Source: Lama guanicoe (lineage: Eukaryota). From it: 33,290 nucleotides of DNA. Position 1 is the first letter of the stretch. Each line of letters starts with the position of its first letter. The DNA lies in NCBI GenBank assembly GCA_013239625.1, contig MU053751.1:1-33290 (forward strand), given 5' to 3'. Made by a program: the position numbers and the translations under genes. Positions 23,967 through 33,290 of the stretch are shown here, in pieces. Below the pieces are notes generated by a model. That model searched no databases, was not told where the DNA came from, and was given only the letters and a program-made list of their open reading frames with translations.

Positions 23967-24920
23967 CAAAGGACACAGAAAGTGGAAAAACAGAGAGGAG
24001 AAAATTTTTTCAAATCATTTATCTGATAAGGAATTTGTATCTCAAACAAACAAACAAAAAATTCCACAGCTCAACAATAAAAAGGCAAGGCAATTAAAAA
24101 ATGAATAAAGGATCTGAAAACATATTTTTCAAGGAAAATAAACAAATGGCCAATAAGCACAATGAAACAATGTTCAATAACACTAGCTCTAAAGGAAATC
24201 AAGTCAAAACCACTAGGAGAAACCGCTTCACACTCACTACAATAGGTTATAATCAGAAAAAGAGTAACAAGTTCTAATGAGGACACAGAGGAAGCAGAGC
24301 ACGCAGCCCTTGCTGGTGAGGATGTAACACAGCGTGGCCAGTTTGGAAAACAGCCTGGCAAGTCCTCAGAGAGCTGAACATTTGATTTCAGAGTGATCCA
24401 GCAATTCTGCTTCCTGGGCACACAAGTAAGAGAATTGAAAACAAATGTTCACATAAAAATTCCTACAGGAATATTCACCGCGCCATTACTAGTCAGAGCC
24501 AAAAAACAGAAACAACTCAAATGTCTATCACGTGATGAATGGGTAAACAGAGGGGCTCAGCCATACAGTGGAATATTATTCAGCAATAGCAAAGCATAGA
24601 GTACTGACCCAGGCCACAACGTGGACAAACATTGAAAACGTTACTCAGTGTGAAAGAAGTCAGTCACAATAGATGGTTCCACTTACATGAAGTGACTCGA
24701 TTTGCATGAAATGTCCAGCACAGGCAAATCCACAGAGAGAGAAGAGGGGCTCCCTGGGGCTGGGGGATGGGAAAGTTGGGAATGTCTGTTTATGCATACG
24801 GGGTTTCCTGTTGGGGAATGAAAATGTTCTAAGATTGACTAGGATGCACAATTCTGGGCATAGAGTAAAATCCACTGTACATTTTAATGGGTGAATTGTA
24901 TTAAAACTGTTAAGAACAAA
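23967..24920 (+). mobile_element. L1 (L1MB-like) ORF2 C-terminus and 3' UTR
   Basis: ATCTGATAAGGAATTTGTATC, CAAATGGCCAATAAGCACAATGAAA, TTTGGAAAACAG, GATCCAGCAATTC, GAGAATTGAAAACA, ATGTCCAG...AGGCAAATCCACAGAGA, GAAAATGTTCTAA and ATGGGTGAATTGTA. Confidence 0.9.
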
Positions 24921-27547
24921 AGCACCTCAGTCTAGTACCTTCCCATAGTAAATGCAAATTGCTAACTTTTATTACAAGAAGAAGAAACTGCCCTCAGCAT
25001 GAAATTAGGAGATCAGCAAATGTGAGTTACCCGAAATTGGACAAGAGCATTTCACTTGAAACAGTTGCTGAGTGTACACGAAATATTCAGACATGACAAG
25101 GAAAATCAGCTTGACATCACGAAAAAGCATTCTGCTTCAAATGCAAATCAAGGATTCGGCAAGCCCAGCTGGTACAAATGACCAGAGAAGAAACCTGGTT
25201 CTTAAAACAAGCGCCAGAGCCAACAAGGAAATTGTGGTGAGGAAAGCAGGTGGCCGAAGATCTGGAACAGTTTGCTACAAATAATTTCTCCAATGAAAAT
25301 TCAAAAATAAAATGAAAGTGATGCAATGCTGTGTTGACCTCACGTGAATGGGCTTCCTACGGTGCTCGACAGTTCTTTAACCACGAATGGGAGACTCAGA
25401 AGAATCAAGATAGCTCCTGGAAGTCCCCAAGTTACTGCCCACCAGCACGCTGACCACCATCACATCTGCCAGGGTTAAATTCCAGAAAACAGACCAACTT
25501 CTGAAAGGCACAGGAAATGTTGACAAGAAAAGGCTGCAGTCAGTCCTGGGACAGAGGCCCTGAGAGCAGAGGCCAGAAGGCTGCAGGTGAACTGGAGTGG
25601 CCCTGGGGCAGGAAGGGAACATGGGGAAGCAGATCTCAATTATCTTCTCTCTCTCCCTCGGGTAGGAGAGATAAAACCTGCATCCTTCTCACCTAGAACT
25701 GTGGGTTCTGGCTGGCAGAAATCTTACCTACAGGGAATGAATTACTCAAGACTGTGGAAAAAGGAAAGAAAGCAAGAGGGATTAGGGAGCCAACTCCACG
25801 AGTCTCTCAAATGCTCCCATATTTATTGTGTATAATCAACGAAAAAGTCATTAACAGTTGTGTGATAGTAGACAGAAACTTGGGGAAAGACAGGATGAGA
25901 CACAGATTGTAGATCCACCATAAGTACAAAGGCTTAGTGTACCTATAGGGAAGTCTTGGGGAGAGGGAACAAGATACATTCTTTAGACATGTTCATTACA
26001 CAGCAGAACACCAGACCAGCCAGGTCCCTGTTTTGGGGCTAATAGACTAACACCACGCAGGCCCAGCGTTTATATCTGAGGGCCTGGGTCATTGCTGTAC
26101 AATGAGCAGAGTGCTATCTAAAACCTCAACTATGCAAGCAAGGCATTGTCTCTGCTTTTTATGGCAAGGAGACAGGAGTGTGGATGCACAGGTGCTTGTT
26201 TAAAAGCAGTTACTAAGCACATTTTTTCTTCTTAAAGTTGACAGGCGGCTGGGGTGTGTTACAACCTGTAAACCCAATCATGGGCTCCCACATGGAACCA
26301 TTATTGAGGACATGCTAGGATGACAAATCCTGGCTCTGGGTCTTTTCCTGCCAGATTCGGCCACTCCAGCAGGGTCTAGACACATCCCTGAATAACGATC
26401 CCACAGAACCACCTAAACTCTTAACTCCTGGTGCTTGAAACTTAATTTTAGCTCTACACAACTTAATGTAGAAAAGTTTCAGAAATAAAAGATATTATAT
26501 TCTTTTTATATCTCATCGTATTACTGATTTTTCTGATTGCTCTAAGCTGCTTCTACTAAGTAAAGCACCTAATTCTGCAGGTGAATTCAGTACATTCCTT
26601 TGGGCATAACTAGACAGTCTGGGCTGTCTGACTTCTATTAGTCAAATACCGATACACATAATTGATTTCTTTGTTCATCTATTTCAGCCTGGAGGTGAGG
26701 GTCTGTCACTATTTTCCTCAGCCCACCCTCTTCTCTTTTCTCATCAGCATCTCAGGCCTCCAGAAAACAAAACAAAGCATTTGTTTCCCTTAATCTACAC
26801 TTTCCACAAAGGCAACAGGAATCATCAGCCTAGAGAATGAATTCAACACAAATGTTAAAACAAAAATCTACAAACCTGAAGCAACTCCATCTCCGAATCA
26901 TGATACACAATGACATGAGAGTAAGTGTGTCAGGCACAAAGCATGCGTGAGCCTGACCACCTCATTTCTATTTTTCAAAGGAAGGAAGGTTTTCCTATTT
27001 TTTCTTATCATTCTTTGTCAGTTTCTGATTAAGCCAAAAAATCATTTATGAAATAATTAAGCACTGCAATAACAGACTTTCGCTGTATCAATTACAGAAG
27101 GCATTCAGAGGGGATAGGAAAACCCATCTCTGTAAAAAATGAAAAATTTTTCCCCTTTAAGAACACGTGTACAAAATGCAGCATAGAATTCAAATTCTTG
27201 TGGAGAAGACAAAAGCCACAGAATCAAAGCAAAGTCATTATTATGACTCAATTCAAAATTCACTGGACAAACATGCTCAATGCATTCAAATAATTTTAAA
27301 GGCACACTGCAAACCATTTACTTAATTATCTGCAGGCTAGAGGAAGAATTTCCCTCTTTAACAGACAATATAAATCAATAGGTTGCCCCACCAAACGAGG
27401 AACAAACATCAGGTTTTTAACAGTTCTGATAAGTCAGCACGTTCTAAAGATCAAAATCCAGAAATTTTAAACATTCATTCACACCAGAATGAAACAAGCA
27501 CCTAAAAAAAAAAAACCCCAGAGAAACTAAACACATTGATCACGGAC

Positions 27548-27574
27548 CTGGATCAATGAGAAATTCTTGTTCAG
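27548..27574 (-). pseudogene. TRAPPC9: TRAPPC9-like 27-nt micro-exon (duplicated/pseudogene copy)
   Basis: Minus strand reads tacttttttccAG|CTGAACAAGAATTTCTCATTGATCCAG|GTccgt. It is 27 nt, phase 1-1, and encodes xEQEFLIDPG against recalled TRAPPC9 GAQEVLIDPG. Both splice dinucleotides are intact and it is colinear with the two downstream exons. Confidence 0.8.
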
Positions 27575-28431
27575 CTGGAAAAAAGTACAGGCTATATATA
27601 GCCTTTTACTTGAAAAATAAAACTACTTTTAAAGATAACTGCTGAAACATCATACATGTTGCCTTGAAAAATCTGAGGCACTTGTCTCTGATCAGAAAAG
27701 CAATTCTGAGTATTAGTATGTTACAATTCAGTGCCAGTTTGCTTTAGAAGAAAAAAGAAAAGCTACTGTTCCTCATCCTGCACAAAGTGTAAAGAACCTC
27801 CCTGCCTCTATCTCCTCCCATTTTCTAAGCTCATGCTCCCCAACCCTTCTGAAACATGTATGAGAACCTCTTATTCCCACAAATATGCCAAATGACAAAA
27901 GAGTATCAATTTATTTGTGTAAATATATACCTACACCTTGAACTGGAGGAGAAAGGTATAAGAAGGCTATATGGAAATTATTCCTACATTCCTGAAATCA
28001 CACACAAACACACGTTCACAGAGACACAGACATATACACACTGAATTACTGGGTATTTCACAAGCTAAGGACTTCCAACTTCTAGAAGATAACTTTGTAG
28101 TTAGTTTAAAATACAAAACTGTCAGCTTTTGAAAGCCTTGAATATTGCTAAATCATCCAAATATCAAAGAGACCAAATTAGCCTTCTCTGTAGAATGTAA
28201 TTTCCCATGATGGCAAAGCGAACCCTAAGAAGTAGTGGATCCAAGACTCGTGTTTCTCACTAACTATGATCGTTTTTAAACACGTAAACAGATTCAGAAA
28301 GGTATGTCCGTATGACATTTATTCTTATTGAAATAGCATATGTATTCAATTGTCTATGCAGAAAATAGGTCCCATGATGGTGTTTAAGAACTATTTTGTG
28401 TATTGAAATATTTATTATTAAGTGCAGACAA

Positions 28432-28566
28432 GGAGGGTGGGTATTACTCCGTTATAGAGCACCTGTTGAGCATGCACATGTTCCTGGCTTCAATTCCCAG
28501 TACCTTCATGAAAATAAGTAAACACAAGTGCTTATTTAAAAATAAGAATAAATTTATAAAAAAAAA
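28432..28566 (+). mobile_element. tRNA-derived SINE, camelid (vic-1-like) type
   Basis: GGGTATTACTCCGTTATAGAGCACCTGTTGAGCATGCACATGTTCCTGGCTTCAATTCCCAGTACC plus an A-rich tail. The decayed A and B boxes match the recalled camelid consensus GGGTATAGCTCAGTGGTAGAG...AGCATGCA.GAGGTCCTGGGTTCAATCCCCAGTACC. Confidence 0.75.
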
Positions 28567-29199
28567 TGAAGATTAAAAACCACTGCAATCTAGGAGACAC
28601 AATTATAATAAAAAACAAGTGTTTCTATCAAATATTGACTATATGCCAATCACAGAGACGACCACAAATCACATCTGACCACCATCACGTGTGATTCTCA
28701 GCAATCCTACTAAGTAGACACTGATGAGAAACCCGGCTCTGCGGATGAGGAGACGGAGCTCGGAGGAGCCGGGGACGCTGACCGCCCTGCTCCCCGTGAC
28801 AGCGCGTCAGCCCAGGGCAAGCGCTGACGGAGCTGCTCTGAGGGGACACCCAGCTGCATGGAACCTTGGGGGTACTGGGGAGTCCCAGAAAACACTCAAA
28901 AGTGTTCAGTGAAAAACCAGCTCAAATATATTACACTGTGCCACATCCTCTAAACACAGAACATGACTGAGACCTATTTGATGCCCCCGTGTCCTTTCTG
29001 CCATCATCAGTTACTTGCCCTCTCAGCACGACCAGTGATGAACTGGACCCTTTATGAAGTGCACTCAGATGGCAGAGCTTTTAAAGCTGTTTTATGAAGT
29101 TTGTAAGACTCTGTCTATCCATCACTTCTCACCGGTGCGAATGTACCACATGAAATCACACCTTTCTGCTTTTTAAAATTCCTCCATGTAATACACACT

Positions 29200-30302
29200 T
29201 TTAAAAGGCAAAGAAGTAGCTCAACTACACACAGTGGACAGCTTTTCACCAAATGGACTCGAACAGCCCATCGCAATACCTGGAAGCCCTTTTCTTCTAT
29301 TAAACCCACTTCCAGGTACTTCATCATTTTCTGACTGGTGGACTTGGCCTCTGACTGGCCTAATCAGAGAGCTCCCATCCTCACATCCGGGGGTGGGAGA
29401 GGACCCTGCTGTTGGGAAAAATCAGTGAGGAAGGTGGACATTCTCCAGCCATGTCTGCATGGGTAGAAATGCCACAAAATGCTCAGAAATTATACCGTCA
29501 GCACCCCTGGGCTCCCATGGACTGGTTTCACATTAACCAAATTTATGACACACTGATGCAAGAAAACCAGAAATATAATTTATTAATGTAACAGAAGATG
29601 TGAAACTATGAAACAGACTGACATATCAGAGTTCCAACAAGAGTACAGTTTCTCCTCCACAGCCCAATCACGGGCAGGTAGTCACATGGTAAGCGTGGAC
29701 AGAAGCAGAGCAGGAAGGGTTTCTAGATTAACTCAATGGACTAAATTTCTATTTAAAAGGCAAAGAAGTAGCTCAACTACACACAGTGGACAGCTTTTCA
29801 CCAAATGGACTCGAACAGCCCATCGCAATACCTGGAAGCCCTTTTCTTCTATTAAACCCACTTCCAGGTACTTCATCATTTTCTGACTGGTGGACTTGGC
29901 CTCTGACTGGCCTAATCAGAGAGCTCCCATCCTCACATCCGGGGGTGGGAGAGGACCCTGCTGTTGGGAAAAATCAGTGAGGAAGGTGGACATTCTCCAG
30001 CCATGTCTGCATGGGTAGAAATGCCACAAAATGCTCAGAAATTATACCGTCAGCACCCCTGGGCTCCCATGGACTGGTTTCACATTAACCAAATTTATGA
30101 CACACTGATGCAAGAAAACCAGAAATATAATTTATTAATGTAACAGAAGATGTGAAACTATGAAACAGACTGACATATCAGAGTTCCAACAAGAGTACAG
30201 TTTCTCCTCCACAGCCCAATCACGGGCAGGTAGTCACATGGTAAGCGTGGACAGAAGCAGAGCAGGAAGGGTTTCTAGATTAACTCAATGGACTAAATTT
30301 CT
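29200..30302. repeat. Exact 551-bp tandem duplication with a 1-nt spacer
   Basis: 29200-29750 equals 29752-30302 (period 552; no mismatch found by reading). Identical ORFs at 29234 and 29786. A single A sits at 29751. Confidence 0.97.
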
Positions 30303-30494
30303 GTTATGCGAACATATCTGCCGCCAAGAAGACAACGCCAATCACGGTGCACTCTCCGTGGACAGTGGCTGAGACACGACTGTGAGCACCTGTATAATTC
30401 TCCTTTCCCTGTCCTTTCTGGGCTAACTGATACACAGAGGTACAGAAATCTATGGATGCAGATACCTCTAAACACCCAAAGCCCATCCCTGGGA

Positions 30495-30715
30495 GCCTGG
30501 AAACCAGACAGCCAGGGTTTAAATCCCAGCTCTGCCACTTACTAGCTCTGTGACCTTGGCCAAATTACTTACCCTCTGTGTGCTTCAATTTCCACACTGT
30601 AAACCTGGATAACAATCAAATCTTTCTTACTCACTTGTTGTGAAGATTGAAGGATTTATTTCTGTAAAACTCTCAGAAAAGAATGTAGCACATTTTTGGT
30701 GCCCAACAAATGTCA
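30495..30715 (+). mobile_element. MIR SINE, near full length
   Basis: CCAGACAGCCAGGGTTTAAATCCCAGCTCTGCCACTTACTAGCTCTGTGACCTTGGCCAAATTACTTACCCTCTGTGTGCTTCAATTTCC closely matches the MIR consensus. Confidence 0.9.
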
Positions 30716-31564
30716 ATTTAATAAGAAAGTGATTTACAAGTCTCCCATCTGATCATCTTCTGTGTTTCATGGCTAGTCTGAGTCCCAAAGGAAATTCTTA
30801 TTTCCCCTCTTATAAACTGTTGGGAAGAACCCTTCTCTTCCAACCCACCACCTGTTTAAACTGAGGGAGGGGATGCCACCTCCCCACTACTCTGTTCCAT
30901 GGGAGACTGCTTCTCCCTTCACACCCCTGACCCCTGGCCCACGGCTAGCCCTCCTCACACTAACAGATTGAGGTGTGAGTCTGGGGAGACAAGCAGAGCA
31001 TATGAAATCTTTCCTTTCCCTCCAGTGTTGGCCACCCTTTGGAAGCACCTGGGATGCTCAGCTCCATGGCAAGACACCCCTGTACATTATGGGTCAAATC
31101 CTCTCAAGGGAAGGCTGGCTGTGGCCCAGAGTTACCTGGGACTGCGTGAGTCTGTAATTCTGGAACATAGTGTAATGACACCCACTCTCCCACAGCACTG
31201 AATTTCATGGAGAACGTGGCTTCATCAGTAATAAAGGAGACATTTATCACCTGCCTGTTCTTCTTTGTTATCTCTCAGTTGGCTGCTGGAGACAACATGT
31301 GTATAAGTATTGGGTCCCCTTAAGCCCCAACATATATGAAGTAACAAAAAATTCTGTGGCTTAACATTGGTTCAGGGCGACTGTGTAACTGTCCTGACTC
31401 TGCTGATGCTAAATTATGAATATAGGAACTATGGAACCTCCTCAAATATCTTTCATCATAAAACCACCTTTTCTTATTTTCCTGTTTCTCAGTAATTGCC
31501 AAAGACTATCAAATGATGGCTTCACACCAAACAGCAGTTAAGTTTATGAGCCCTTTTGACATAC

Positions 31565-31720
31565 CCACTGTGCTAAACACTTTACAAAATTTCTAATTCT
31601 CACAATTCTACAAAGCAGAAATGAGTGTCCCCATCTCATAGATGAGGGAAAAACTCAGAAAGAACTGACTCAGGATCACGTAGCTCAGTGGCAGCGCGTG
31701 CACGCAAACCCAAGTCAAGA
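31565..31720 (-). mobile_element. MIR fragment
   Basis: CACTGTGCTAAACACTTTACA...TAATTCTCACAA...CCCCATCTCATAGATGAGGGAA...CAGGATCACGTAGCT. Confidence 0.75.
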
Positions 31721-32034
31721 AACTACACCCCATCATATATGTACCAAATCAAATCCCACCAATTAACACACAGCGGCGGGGTCAATACTCAGGGAACTCA
31801 ATACACTTCTCAGCTTTAAGGTGCTCCAGAGGCCGCTTCTAGCTGTTTTATAAAATCCCATCATCAAAGGAGTGAGACCTTACATCTGTGGGGCGAAAAG
31901 CACTGCGGTGCTTCCGAACCATCAAAGAACACTAAGCTTTGTGCAACAGTCCTGAGGCACTTAAAGAGTACTTTCTCTGAAAGGCTCCGAAACTGACTCA
32001 CTTCACAATTTCAGGTACAACGAGGAGGTACCGG

Positions 32035-32170
32035 AATTAGTAGAGAGAACATGCTCTTGAAGTCTGACAAGGCCCTGCTTGAATCCTGCTACAGCATTTA
32101 CTAGCCGCTAAACGGACCAATTCCTTAACCCCTCTGAGAAGGCTTCCCAATCTGCAAAACGGGGCTGCCA
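32035..32170 (+). mobile_element. MIR fragment
   Basis: TAGTAGAGAGAACATGCTCTTGAAGTCTGACA...TTGAATCCTG...CATTTACTAGC...CTTAACCCCTCTGAG...ATCTGCAAAACGGGG. Confidence 0.7.
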
Positions 32171-33290
32171 CCGCCCACCTGGGAGGCATGGATGTGAATG
32201 CAACACACAAGTAGGGCGGCAGACTGGTACCTGACACGGGGCCTGGCTAGTTTCCCACCGCTGCCCTTCTCCCCCTTTAAACTTGCACTGTTCCCCCTGG
32301 TAAGGGTGAAGACCCCGGAACAGACTGCCCGATTCTTCTGTGTATCCCCGGATACATACCTTACCCTTAGGAGGCCAGAAAAACAACTGCGTCCTCCACA
32401 GTCACTATCAATGTTCTTAAGAGTCTGGGTTTTTTTAACTCTATGTTGCAGGGAGACAATTCCAGAATTGTTCAACCACCTTTCTCCAGGTTGGCTCCTC
32501 TCCCAGCGCCCATCCCTTCTCATCTCATATCTTCTGTCTGATTGCCTTTTGTTCATGAGAAAGAGAGTCCGCTAGGGAGTGGTCTCCCTAGGCCTCCGTC
32601 CCTTCCTCACAGGAGAGTGTGACTAACTTCTCCCAACTCCCCACTCCGACTCCAGCTTCTGAGGAGGTTCCCCTCCTGGACCCTGCAGCCTCTGGATCGT
32701 CCCAAGACACGCACACGTGGCCACAACCCTCCCTTCAGATTTCTTCCTGGGTGGCCCTGCCCACCCCCCAGAACCTTAAGGATAAATGCCATTNNNNNNN
32801 NNNNNNNNNNNNNNNNNNNNNNNNNNNNNNNNNNNNNNNNNNNNNNNNNNNNNNNNNNNNNNNNNNNNNNNNNNNNNNNNNNNNNNNNNNNNNNNNNNNN
32901 NNNNNNNNNNNNNNNNNNNNNNNNNNNNNNNNNNNNNNNNNNNNNNNNNNNNNNNNNNNNNNNNNNNNNNNNNNNNNNNNNNNNNNNNNNNNNNNNNNNN
33001 NNNNNNNNNNNNNNNNNNNNNNNNNNNNNNNNNNNNNNNNNNNNNNNNNNNNNNNNNNNNNNNNNNNNNNNNNNNNNNNNNNNNNNNNNNNNNNNNNNNN
33101 NNNNNNNNNNNNNNNNNNNNNNNNNNNNNNNNNNNNNNNNNNNNNNNNNNNNNNNNNNNNNNACTGTTCCCTTGACCCTGCCCTGGAATCAGTCTTGTCA
33201 TTTCTGTCGCTAAGCCAGTCTCAAGTCTGGTTCTGCAGGGACCACGGACGGAAACCCACAAGCTCACAGCAAGGTTCACTGAACTGAGTC

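Larger units (their letters stand above)
256..33162. other. Assembly gaps (six N runs)
   Basis: N runs at 256-449, 3317-3720, 5316-5513, 5643-6337, 23778-23966 and 32794-33162. Confidence 0.99.

Noticed and set aside
28432..28505. tRNA gene
   Set aside because: The degenerate boxes, absence of a clean cloverleaf and A-rich tail indicate a SINE.
29234..30372. Pairs of identical ORFs suggesting a duplicated small gene
   Set aside because: A by-product of the 551-bp duplication. There is no recognisable homology or splice structure.
32108..32575. Overlapping 92-143 aa ORFs on both strands
   Set aside because: They overlap a MIR and GC-richer intronic DNA, with no recognisable domain or TRAPPC9 similarity.
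74..33287. Long ORFs containing runs of X (e.g. 74-454, 3264-3902, 5116-5604, 23684-24097, 32619-33287)
   Set aside because: They are open only because they cross N gaps.

Overview
Mammalian genomic DNA from a gapped draft assembly with six N-runs. A tRNA-derived SINE at ~28.4 kb suggests a camelid. None of the listed ORFs is a real gene. The window appears to be intronic sequence of a duplicated, non-processed TRAPPC9 (NIBP) copy on the minus strand. Three consecutive TRAPPC9-like exons occur in the correct order: a 27-nt micro-exon at 27548-27574, a 121-nt exon at 19465-19585 and a 124-nt exon at 12544-12667. They carry a lost splice acceptor, a premature TAG, and -1/-2 deletions that compensate across the exon junction. 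The -2 deletion also brings an ATG into frame. The amino-acid replacements are strongly AT-to-GC biased. A ~6.9-kb decayed ERV provirus (2363-~9270) has two LTRs about 84% identical by eye, a PBS, a PPT, and protease, integrase and env remnants. The rest comprises a solo LTR, an MLT1-like LTR, L1, L2 and MIR fragments, and an exact 551-bp tandem duplication (29200-30302) that may be an assembly artefact. All comparisons to reference proteins and repeat consensuses are from memory, not database searches. I found no evidence of a wholly new biological system. The TRAPPC9 paralog is the most interesting object.
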